Assembly: GCA_030141605.1 (NCBI GenBank)
Contig: JAQGDQ010001931.1
Span: 1-20,593, forward strand
Reading direction: 5' to 3'
DNA: 20,593 nucleotides
DNA from: Tubiluchus corallicola
Taxonomy: Eukaryota; Animalia; Priapulida
Under the pieces are notes generated by a model that worked only from the letters and a program-made list of their open reading frames with translations, was not told the DNA's origin and did not search any database. Below are positions 11,474 to 20,593 of this stretch, in pieces. Positions within the stretch are counted from its first letter, which is position 1, and the number at the start of each line of letters is the position of its first letter. The translations under genes were made by a program, and so were the position numbers.

Positions 11474-11646
11474 ATCCAAGCTCCGCTCAAAGTCGGACAC
11501 TGACACGGAATGTGGTCCTTCGCAAGAGCCCAATCCAGTTCTTCAGTCAGCGAGTCTGTGGGAAACAGTGCCAACCAATAACCAACTTTTAAGTACAATC
11601 CAGACTGACGTGGACTGCAGGATGGATGTTAGCAAGGACAAACAAG
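11474..11646 (+). CDS. Candidate exon (173 nt) of an unidentified gene
   Basis: Acceptor TTGACTTCTCCGCATTATAG| and donor CAAG|GTAGGT; one frame is fully open (SKLRSKSDTDTECGPSQEPNPVLQSASLWETVPTNNQLLSTIQTDVDCRMDVSKDKQ). No recognisable domain; could instead be UTR plus a start at MDVSKDKQ. Confidence 0.5.
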
Positions 11647-11662
11647 GTAGGTGGTCTCTTAA

Positions 11663-12197
11663 AGGGAAACACCCTGTTTTTCAAGATGAAAGAATTAATT
11701 ACAGGAACGTAAAGTCGCATTCGTGCCACTAGTTCTTTGCTGTTACATGCATTTCGCCTTCGCCTGTTAGAAGGACACTAGCGCCTGTATATCAAAACAT
11801 GTTGCACAAAAGCGGGTGCTGCACTTCTCGTTTGGCAGGTGTTCAGTTGTGACGTAGTGCACTCGTTCATGAGCTCATACGTGAACACAGCAGTTACTTG
11901 AAATTCGAATTATAAACTTGTGTATTTGTGTATCACACTGAATGTTGTACTGTAGCACTGTACTTCAATTTTCACTTTCGCAACACATGCAACACGCTGT
12001 TGGAGCGTCTGTGCTGTTACAAAACATGTTCATTTGTGATGTTATTACTAATTGGGCTACACTGTCGTTAATTAAGTCTTTTCCCTATTATTTAATTACC
12101 GGAAAGACTTTGATATTATCATGGGTCTTAAAATGTGTACTTTTTACATACAGTACACCAAAATGGGTAAGAAGGAAAAAAATCGCCATGTTTTCCT
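11663..12197. mobile_element. Kolobok-like non-autonomous DNA transposon, 535 bp, TTAA TSD
   Basis: TTAA (11659-11662)|AGGGAAACA ... TGTTTTCCT|TTAA (12198-12201); 8/9 TIR match. RR..YY termini with a TTAA TSD fit Kolobok. The interior is shared with two other loci in the window. Confidence 0.7.
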
Positions 12198-12285
12198 TTA
12201 ATGACTGTTAATAAATGCAGGAAGTTTTTCACAATGATTGTTAAGTGGTTATTGGTTTAATGTTTAGGATTCCATGATAAACTGT

Positions 12286-12967
12286 TTCATAATGTGTAGG
12301 GTGTAAGCTTCATAATGTGTAGGGTGTAAGCTTCATAATGTGTAGGGTGTAAGCTTCATAATGTGTAGGGTGTAAGCTTCATAATGTGTAGGGTGTAAGC
12401 TTCATAATGTGTAGGGTGTAAGCTTAATGTGTGAAATATGTAGGTGTAAGCTTCATAATGTGTAGGGTGTCAGCTTTATAATGTGTAGGGTGTAAGCTTC
12501 ATAATGTGTAGGGTGTAAGCTTCATAATGTGTAGGGTGTAAGCTTCATAATGTGTAGGGTGTAAGCTTCATAATGTGTAGGGTGTAAGCTTTATAATGTG
12601 TAGGGTGTAAGCTTTATAATGTGTAGGGTGTAAGCTTTATAATGTGTAGGGTGTAAGCTTCATAATGTGTAGGGTGTAAGCTTCATAATGTGTAGGGTGT
12701 CAGCTTTATAATGTGTAGGGTGTAAGCTTTATAATGTGTAGGGTGTAAGCTCATGTGTAGGGTGTAGGCTGAAAGCTTTAGGGTGTTTTATAATGTGTAG
12801 GGTGTAAGCTTCATAATGGTGTGTTTTAATGTGTAGGGTGTAAGCTTTATAATGTGTAGGTGTTTAGGTGTAAGCTTCATAATGTGTAGGGTGTAAGCTT
12901 CATAATGTGTAGGGTGTAAGCTTCATAGTGTGTAGGGTGTAAGCTTCATAATGTGTAAGTTTCATAA
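12286..12967. repeat. 23-bp minisatellite, about 29 copies
   Basis: Unit TTCATAATGTGTAGGGTGTAAGC (GTGTAAGC at 12301 and 12324); irregular units at about 12425-12445 and 12750-12870. Confidence 0.96.
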
Positions 12968-13028
12968 CCGCCTCATCATTTTGGGAAGGACTTCAGTTTC
13001 GCCACAGTTTCCCACTGTTTCAGTTAAA

Positions 13029-13125
13029 AACCCTAACCCTAACTGTAATCCTAATCCTAACCTTAACCCAACTCTAAGTATATCCCTAACCATAATCCTA
13101 ATCCTAATCCTAACCCTAATCCTAA
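13029..13125. repeat. Degenerate telomere-like hexamer tract (CCCTAA/TCCTAA)n
   Basis: AACCCTAACCCTAAC...AATCCTAATCCTAACCCTAATCCTAA; flanked by a 10/12 inverted repeat (13004-13015 and 13155-13166). Confidence 0.85.
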
Positions 13126-13381
13126 TTCGCTTCGCGAACTAATTTCTTGTGTGTGTGGGGAATTGTAAACTTTAGCCTCATTTTGTAATCCGTAGCATAT
13201 TCCTGTGTAGGCATTAGACCATTCAAGTCTGGCTTCATAAAGTGTCTGGCTTCATAAAGTGTGCAAGGATGAGAGTGTTCCGTTTCATTCAGTATTCACG
13301 TCCAGTTTAGCTAAGGTCTGTGATGAATTTAAATGAGTGTAAGTTGTACTGTCTTGAATATTTTACGTACAGCAAATACTG

Positions 13382-13452
13382 ATGTATGTGTGTGTGTGTT
13401 ACATATATGTGCATGTACACACATGCACGCACGCACGCACGCGCACACACAT
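13382..13452. repeat. Compound (TG)n..(GCAC)n(CA)n microsatellite
   Basis: Alternating purine-pyrimidine tract, roughly self-complementary. Confidence 0.85.
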
Positions 13453-14583
13453 TGAACATCTTCGTTAGATTGTTACTTTTCGAGTCAGAATTTTTTGGAT
13501 TTTGATCACCTTAGGCCTGTTCTTTTAACAATTTCCATCTCCTGTTAAACTGCATTAGGCTGGTCAATGGCTTCCTTTGTCAAGGACCTGTAGACGCCTG
13601 GCTTCCTGAGCACCTATTGGTTGTGTAACTAAATCAAACAGAATCTTGAACTTCACACGTCCTGCAGGCTGCTACGCGTTTGTTTGTCTTTCTGTTCGTC
13701 TGCGATTCTGTGCGATTATTAGATGTGTTTCTAGGCAGTGAAATTCAGCGACGATGCTTCGAACACTCGAAAAACATCCCACACTTCGCGCGAGGTGCTG
13801 TTCAATTTTGAAAAAGAGGTTATTCTAGGATGGTGAAAGTTTAGCACAATTTTTCGTCTGCAGTCGTATCGAGATAAACGTCTCGAGTGCCTCAAAAGCC
13901 TCCGAGATGAAATTTATTAACACGCAGCCGCAGAAATTGCTTTCTAAGTAAATTATTAGGGGCTTATTGACACGAGTTGAATTTATAACGCGGATTCGGG
14001 AGGCGCTCAAGCGGAAACGGAAACAGTTTTGGACTGGATTGCAACCCGAAGTATTAAGTGAGAGATAATCGTCAGTGGCGTTTTAGTCCTAATATGCAGC
14101 TTGGGAACTAATTGTCTGTTGCTAATCCCCAAGGTAGCGGGCTTGTGTCTGTAGCATAGTGGATAAGGCAGCAGAGGTTCTCAGTGTACTTAAGAGATTG
14201 CTCACCAGTACAACATTGTTGTTCTCCCTCTGCTCGGTTGATTTGCTACGAAGTCGTTAAAAATGGCCCATATGACCGCATCTTAGCCTCTTGCGACATT
14301 TGCGACAGTTTTCAAATTCAAATGCAGTTTATTTCACTACGGTCAGCAAACTACAACATTACAAATACAAATTATCACTGTGTAAGGGAAAAACAAAAAA
14401 AAAATGAAAAAAATTACTCCACCTTCAATTCCGACTCAAATTGCTGCAGTAGTTCTAAGTTTCTCGCAGGGTAACTGTGAAGGGGACCTTGGTAAGTCAA
14501 CGTGAAATGAAAATGAGAAATGAAGAACGAAGATGATGAGAAAAGAGAAGAATAAAGAAGAGCGGTGTCTAGGAAAGCAGTTA

Positions 14584-15495
14584 CAGGATTTGCGGCGGGA
14601 AAATCCTGGAAAGTGTCATGGCAAAATCAGGGAAAAAGATAATTTGGTAAAAATTCAGGGAAAATGATAAAAATGGGGCGAAGAGTCAGGAAAATTGGAA
14701 AGGGTTGCAAAAAATAATCACCCTGAACCGATATTTTTGCAAACATATTTTTCAGAGGTTCGTGTTCAAATAAAATTTTCCTATGGCAGGTTCCCAGTTT
14801 TGATTTCTGTTCCAAAAATAATGATTGGATTAAGAAAGTTTATTTAACCCTTTCATACCCGTTGTATCCCGTGGGATACGAGAATATTCTCTGCCTTTAA
14901 AATTAATAAAATTTTAAAACTGACAGTTATTTGATCTGTTAATAGTTATTTTGATTTAAGCCAATAACAATAGACTAAAAATAGTGATAAAATGGCAAAC
15001 TAAAAAATCTACATAGCATAAAAAACTGAGCAAGGTACAGTACTTTAGAGACGACTTTGTACAGATCAGCATAGCATGCATACTAAATGTCTTAAATACT
15101 TTAAAATATTATCAGCAGTTGCAAAATGAAGCACATTTTATGCTTCCATTGAATTCCAATGTATCCCGTGGGATACAGGCTATATTTAGCACGCGGGCAC
15201 AGGTAGAAAAAAAATAATTATGTGTAAACAAGATGGACATACTGAACAAAAGTACCAAGCCAAAAATTTTTTCTTGTTAAAAAAATAATTTGGGACTGAA
15301 AGGGTTAATGTGATTAGTGTCATTTCATTAGCACTACTGCAACTGTGTCGACACGTTATATACCAGTATATGTACACAAAAATGTTTGAATATGTTTACT
15401 GGTAATGCAATGTCTGCTTATCTTGGTCATGGAAAATCAATATTTGGTCAGGGAAAAGTCAGGGAAGTTTATTTTAAAATGTTGTGGGAACCCCG
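14584..15495. mobile_element. Degenerate MITE with TCAGGGAAAA subterminal repeats, interrupted by a nested element
   Basis: (G)TCAGGGAAAA and GTCATGG motifs cluster at both ends (14615-14695, 15426-15466). The right end TGTGGGAACCCCG and left end CAGGATTTGC fit a decayed CAGGGTTCCCAC-type TIR. No convincing TSD. Confidence 0.5.
14848..15304. mobile_element. piggyBac-like MITE, 457 bp, TTAA TSD
   Basis: TTAA (14844-14847)|CCCTTTCATACCC ... GGGACTGAAAGGG|TTAA (15305-15308); 11/13 TIR match with CCC/GGG ends. Internal palindrome TGTATCCCGTGGGATAC at 14863-14879 and 15160-15176. Confidence 0.85.
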
Positions 15496-15616
15496 GGTGT
15501 TAGTCGAAAGAAGTCAGAGAGAAAGAAGACGAAAAGAAAAGGAAACATAAGAAAACGACGAACATATCCAGGCTAGCTGCAAACCAATCTTGGAATGAGG
15601 TGGAATGTAAGCTTTC

Positions 15617-15801
15617 GCTGCTGAATATAATGTTAGTTTGTGAGGTCATCAGTAGCTGGGCTCGCCCGCGGCTAATTAAGTTTTTAATCTATTATGTAAT
15701 TTATCTATCAGAAACGCTTTTGCAGTATTGATTATATTAAACTGTTTACTTTTATCCGACTTGAAAATGGGGCAGCATATGAAAAATCATCCTGTCTTCC
15801 T
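15617..15801 (+). mobile_element. Left-truncated copy of the Kolobok-like family, retaining the right TIR
   Basis: Interior matches 3292-3446; ends AAAATGGGG..GAAAAATCATCCTGTCTTCCT|TTAA (15802-15805), like the end of 11663-12197. Confidence 0.65.
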
Positions 15802-16110
15802 TTAATTGACAATTTGCTCTTTTACGTATTTTACTTGTTTTTCTATTTTGTTGTGATCTTCGTGCATATTATTTCATCGTGGTTACATTTTGGAAGGTTT
15901 TTTTACTTTCGAATCACCCTGTATCGCTGTAGTTAATATGGAGCGCGTGTTTACCAAGCTTTTTGTTTAGTACAGTCGCTTTTTATTGATTAGCCCTGGC
16001 TAGGTGTGCTTAGCGAGTGACTCCACGTTACGTCACCTGAGCGTTTGTGCCTCCGCAGAAAAAAGGGCTTCCGTTATCCAAAATATTACGCATTTTGATC
16101 TTCCACGTTT

Positions 16111-16390
16111 AAGATTTCCGCCATTGTTGTACTGTGTGGAAGATTTTCGCCATTGTTGTACCGTGTGGAAGATTTCCACCATTGTTTCACTTTGTGGAAG
16201 ATTTCCACCATTGTTTCACTGTGCGGAAGATTTCCACCATTGTTTCACTGTGCGGAAGATTTCCACCATTGTTTCACTGTGCGGAAGATTTCCACCATTG
16301 TTTCACTGTGCGGAAGATTTCCACTATTGTTTCACTGTGTAGAAGATTTCCACCATTGTTTCACTTTGTGGAAGATTTCCACCATTGTTT
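16111..16390. repeat. 29-bp minisatellite, about 9.7 copies
   Basis: Unit AAGATTTCCACCATTGTTTCACTGTGCGG (starts at 16198 and 16227). Confidence 0.96.
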
Positions 16391-16737
16391 TATTGTTACA
16401 GTAGTGAGCAGGCCTGTCTGTACGTAAATTTCTATTCGTGAATCTTGAATATCTTCTCTTTTTTCGTTAAAGCAGTGGCCTCTGCCTGGGCTTTAACTTT
16501 TTTCTTGTCAAACCCTTGTAAGACATGTAGAGCTAGCTGCCCTGTTGCTGCATCCGGGGCGCATCGTGCTGACAAAAAGGTTGTTCGTCTGCTTGCCTAC
16601 TCGCTTGTTAGCATGTAATGTTACACGTTGCGTTTCCAGTTATTCAGAATCCACCCCCGGCAGAGTATTGCATGATCGACAGTCGTGTTTTTGTTGAAAG
16701 CAAAGTTTGCCCCCCCCCCCGCACCCTTACTTGCAAG

Positions 16738-16871
16738 ACTGGATCCGCCTCGCGTCCCCTTCATCGAATGACTGCGTTTGGCAGTAGATTTCTTCTCTGA
16801 TTTGAATGCCATGTGCAAATTTGCCGAAGTCTGATTTTGAATTATTTTTACGCTGCGAGGGCGGATCCAGT
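16738..16871. repeat. 16/17-bp inverted repeat pair around a 101-bp spacer
   Basis: ACTGGATCCGCCTCGC (16738-16753) and GCGAGGGCGGATCCAGT (16855-16871), differing by one indel. Confidence 0.8.
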
Positions 16872-17123
16872 AGTCCGCAACACCCCCAATGTCTCCGTTG
16901 TGCAATCGACTGTTTCGCATTATAAATGGCATCCGTTTCTGGACTTTTCCTAGAGATTTTTGGGTGAGTACAAGCAGTGGGGCATCAGTACGTGCTTATC
17001 AACCCCTGCTCCAAGTGTTAGCACCCCTCTTCTCTTGTGACGCGCACCACCCCCGGGGGAACGAAAGAAATCAGAATCGATATAGAGAAAGTTTCCTTGA
17101 CTAACCATATTTTAGATTTAACA

Positions 17124-18483
17124 CTTGGCTTCTTCTGCTGCCAGAATGGCTTCTTCTGCTGCCAGAATGGAGTAGAGTGACTGTACGTCTTTGCCTGTCT
17201 AGAGAAGCTGGTAGAATGAATGCTCAATTACCTGCCTTGATGATCAAGTCGGTCGGCAGGCTGCTTGGCTTCTTCTGCTGCCAGAATGGAGTAGAGTGAC
17301 TGTACGTCTTTGCTTGTCTAGAGAAGCTGGTAGAATGAATGCTCAATTACCTGCGTTGATGATCGAGTCGTTCTGGAGGCTGCTTGGCTTCTTCTGCTGC
17401 CAGAATGGAGTAGAGTGACTGTACGTCTTTACTTGTCTAGAGAAGCTGGTAGAATGAATGCTCAATTACCTGCGTTGATGATCGAGTCATTCTGGGGACC
17501 GCTTGGCTTCTTCTGCTGCCAGAATGGAGTGACTGTACGTCTTTGCTTGTCTAGAGGAGCTGGTAGAATGAATGCCCAATTACCTGCCTTGATGATCAAG
17601 TCAGTCGGGAGGCTGCGTGGCTTCTTCTGCTGCCACAGTGGATTAGAGTGACTGTACTTCTTTGCCTGTCTAGAGAAGCTGGTAGAATGAATGCTCAATT
17701 ACCTGCCTTGATGATCGAGTCGTTCTGGAGACTGCTTGGCTTCTTCTGCTGCCAGAATGGAGTAGAGTGACTGTACGTCTTTGCCTGTCTAGAGAAGCTG
17801 GCAGAATGAATGCTCAATTACCTGCCTTGATGATCAAGTCGGTCGGGAGGCTGCTTGGCTTCTTCTGCTGCCACAGTGGAGTAGAGTGACTGTACGTCTT
17901 TGCTTGTCTAGAGAAGCTGGTAGAATGAATGCCCAATTACCTGCCTTGATGATCAAGTCGGTCGGGAGACCGCTTGGCTTCTTCTGCTGCCAGAATGGAG
18001 TAGAGTGACTGTACGTCTTTGCTTGTCTAGAGAAGCTGGTAGAATGAATGCTCAATTACCTGCGTTGATGATCGAGTCGTTCTGGAGACTGCTTGGCTTC
18101 TTCTGCTGCCAGAATGGAGTAGAGTGACTGTACATCTTTGCTTGTCTAGAGAAGCTGGTAGAATGAATGCTCAATTACCTGCCTTGATGATCAAGTCGGT
18201 CGGGAGACCGCTTGGCTTCTTCTGCTGCCAGAATGGAGTAGAGTGACTGTACGTCTTTGCTTGTCTAGAGAAGCTGGTAGAATGAATGCCCAATTACCTG
18301 CCTTGATGATCAAGTCGGTCGGGAGGCTGCTTGGCTTCTTCTGCTGCCAGAATGGAGTAGAGTGACTGTACATCTTTGCTTGTCTAGAGAAGCTGGTAGA
18401 ATGAATGCTCAATTACCTGCCTTGATGATCAAGTCGGTCGGGAGGCTGCTTGGCTTCTTCTGCTGCCAGAATGGAGTAGAGTG
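17124..18483. repeat. 119-bp tandem repeat, about 11 copies, two main variants
   Basis: TGCTCAATTAC at 17221 and 17340; variants GTCGGTCGG and GTCGTTCTGG; a 21-bp duplication at the left edge and a 5-bp deletion near 17528. Confidence 0.97.
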
Positions 18484-18513
18484 CTTCATTTGACCTATAC
18501 TTTGTTTACGTCT
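18417..18513 (-). CDS. Candidate exon (97 nt, phase 0 to 1) whose 3' part seeds the 119-bp array
   Basis: Minus strand: CTAAC, then AAGTTTATTACAG| acceptor (18515-18514) and GCAG|GTAATT donor (18416). The only open frame reads RRKQSIGQMKHSTPFWQQKKPSSLPTDLIIKA. Confidence 0.4.
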
Positions 18514-19034
18514 CTGTAATAAACTTGTTAGATAGGTACTATGTTTACAATTCGTTTTTACCCATGACGTTCCCTTGTTCATGTCACGTGACCTAGACGA
18601 TCTTCGAATTCACTTCAAATTTACTCGATTTTTTTTCAAAATTTATTGCTGTGTTGACTGTGTAAAACACACGTGTTAATCTTTTGTCTTTGTTGCACTA
18701 TAGCTGAAATTTTTGTTTTGAAATCATTCTTTAAATTTAAATCAACTTTATAATTTTAACATTGTAAATTTGTAATTCTTATACAAACTTCTTGTGGTGG
18801 TGGTGGGGGGTATCTCTAAGACCTCGTGTACAGTACAGCCGTGTGTGTTTAGTCAGCTAAATTGCGTCTAGGAATTTTCAGCCTTCAGAAGAAAATGATG
18901 AAGTCTCGCACAGTAGAAGATTGCCACGCTTGCTTTCATCATTGTTTCGTCATTAATCGCCGGCGCACTTTAGCTCGGGGAAAGTGAATGACTGTGATAA
19001 ATTATGCAGAAGCCCCGCTGTAAAGCGAGATTAC

Positions 19035-19112
19035 TGTTCCCAGAGAGAATTGCGTTTGTGTTGCAAAACGCTTGTAGGGAGGGTGCCTCTTTCTCTCTGC
19101 AAGTTTCACTCT
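19035..19112 (-). CDS. Candidate exon (78 nt, phase 0 to 0)
   Basis: Minus strand acceptor TACTGATCCTGCTGCTCCTCTTAG| and a weaker donor ACA|GTAATC. Reads RVKLAERKRHPPYKRFATQTQFSLGT and is phase-compatible with 18513-18417. Confidence 0.3.
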
Positions 19113-19146
19113 CTAAGAGGAGCAGCAGGATCAGTATTAAAAAGCA

Positions 19147-20593
19147 ATGAAGTAACACGGAGTGGTGTTGTGTAAAGTGTGTGTGATACGATTACCATGA
19201 AGTAACACGGAGTGGTGTTGTGTAAAGTGTGTGTGATACGATTACCATGAAGTAACACGGAGTGGTGTTGTGTAAAGTGTGTGTGATACGATTACCATGA
19301 AGTAACACGGAGTGGTGTTGTGTAAAGTGTGTGTGATACGATTACCATGAAGTAACACGGAGTGGTGTTGTGTAAAGTGTGTGTGATACGATTACCATGA
19401 AGTAACACGGAGTGGTGTTGTGTAAAGTGTGGTGATACGATTACCATGAAGTAACAGAGTGGTGTTGTGTAAAGTGTGTGTGATACGATTACCATGAAGT
19501 AACACGGAGTGGTGTTGTGTAAAGTGTGTGTGATACGATTACCATGAAGTAACACGGAGTGGTGTTGTGTAAAGTGTGTGTGATACGATTACCATGAAGT
19601 AACACGGAGTGGTGTTGTGTAAAGTGTGGGTGATACGATTACCATGAAGTAACACGGAGTAGTGTTGTGTAAAGTGTGGGTGATACGATTACCATGAAGT
19701 AACACGGAGTGGTGTTGTGTAAAGTGTGGGTGATACGATTACCATGAAGTAACACGGAGTAGTGTTGTGTAAAGTGTGGGTGATACGATTACCATGAAGT
19801 AACACGGAGTGGTGTTGTGTAAAGTGTGTGTGATACGATTACCATGAAGTAACACGGAGTGGTGTTGTGTAAAGTGTGTGTGATACGATTACCATGAAGT
19901 AACACGGAGTGGTGTTGTGTAAAGTGTGTGTGATACGATTACCATGAAGTAACACGGAGTGGTGTTGTGTAAAGTGTGGGTGATACGATTAGCATGAAGT
20001 AACACGGAGTGGTGTTGTGTAAAGTATGTGTGATACGATTACCATGAAGTAACACGGAGTAGTGTTGTGTAAAGTGTGTGTGATACGATTAGCATGAAGT
20101 AACACGGAGTGGTGTTGTGTAAAGTGTGGGTGATACGATTACCATGAAGTAACACGGAGTGGTGTTGTGTAAAGTGTGGGTGATACGATTAGCATGAAGT
20201 AACACGGAGTAGTGTTGTGTAAAGTGCGTGTGATACGATTAGCATGAAGTAACACGGAGTGGTGTTGTGTAAAGTGTGGGTGATACGATTACCATGAAGT
20301 AACACGGAGTGGTGTTGTGTAAAGTGTGTGTGATACGATTACCATGAAGTAACACGGAGTAGTGTTGTGTAAAGTGTGTGTGATACGATACCATGAAGTA
20401 ACACGGAGTAGTGTTGTGTAAAGTGCGTGTGATACGATTACCATGAAGTAACACGGAGTAGTGTTGTGTAAAGTGCGTGTGATACGATTACCATGAAGTA
20501 ACACGGAGTAGTGTTGTGTAAAGTGTGTGTGATACGATACCATGAAGTAACACGGAGTAGTGTTGTGTAAAGTGCATGTGATACGATTACCAT
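19147..20593. repeat. 50-bp GT-rich minisatellite, at least 29 copies, runs off the window
   Basis: Unit ATGAAGTAACACGGAGTGGTGTTGTGTAAAGTGTGTGTGATACGATTACC (AGTAACACGG at 19201 and 19251). Confidence 0.98.

Noticed and set aside
3733-12967. 19-20-nt GT..AG micro-introns in the 57-, 43- and 23-bp units
   Set aside because: Far below typical metazoan intron size; removing them yields no sensible ORF; GT..AG pairs arise easily by chance.
12286-13125. Telomere fusion site (TAGGG-bearing array facing a CCCTAA tract)
   Set aside because: The 23-mer has one TAGGG per unit and is not a hexamer repeat; the CCCTAA tract is short and degenerate.
14146-14190. tRNA or SINE head (TAGCATAGTGG, A-box-like)
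   Set aside because: No proper B-box or cloverleaf.
14404-14497. Plus-strand mini-ORF MKKITPPSIPTQ.. ending at TTG|GTAAGT
   Set aside because: Good donor but no supporting homology or promoter evidence; too weak to list as a feature.
16004-16427. Cys/His-rich plus-strand ORFs
   Set aside because: Translation of the 29-bp array in three frames; not a zinc finger.
19292-20543. Minus-strand ORFs in the 50-bp array
   Set aside because: Repeat-derived, frame-cycling and interrupted by stops.
213-20593. CRISPR arrays (units of 29-41 bp)
   Set aside because: Units are head-to-tail with no unique spacers; no cas genes; eukaryotic context.

Overview
Eukaryotic, most likely invertebrate metazoan, intronic or intergenic DNA; nothing prokaryotic and no recognisable complete gene. 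Roughly 58% of the window (my sum of array spans) is tandem repeat, in ten unrelated minisatellite arrays with units of 41, 20, 37, 57, 43, 35/88, 23, 29, 119 and 50 bp. Between them lie non-autonomous DNA transposon pieces: a TIR element hosting the 37-bp array, a TTAA-flanked Kolobok-like family with one full and two partial copies, and a piggyBac-like MITE nested in another MITE. There is also a CR1/L2-type LINE 3' remnant and several short candidate exons with good splice signals on both strands. The long ORFs in the supplied track are artefacts of stop-free repeat units. The most interesting pattern is that several arrays start on, carry, or stop just short of candidate splice signals. 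The 57-bp and 119-bp arrays look like amplified exon-3'-end plus donor junctions, giving about 42 and 11 tandem 5' splice sites. Several units are themselves trimers of a shorter ancestral monomer. All splice and gene interpretations are hypotheses that need RNA-seq.
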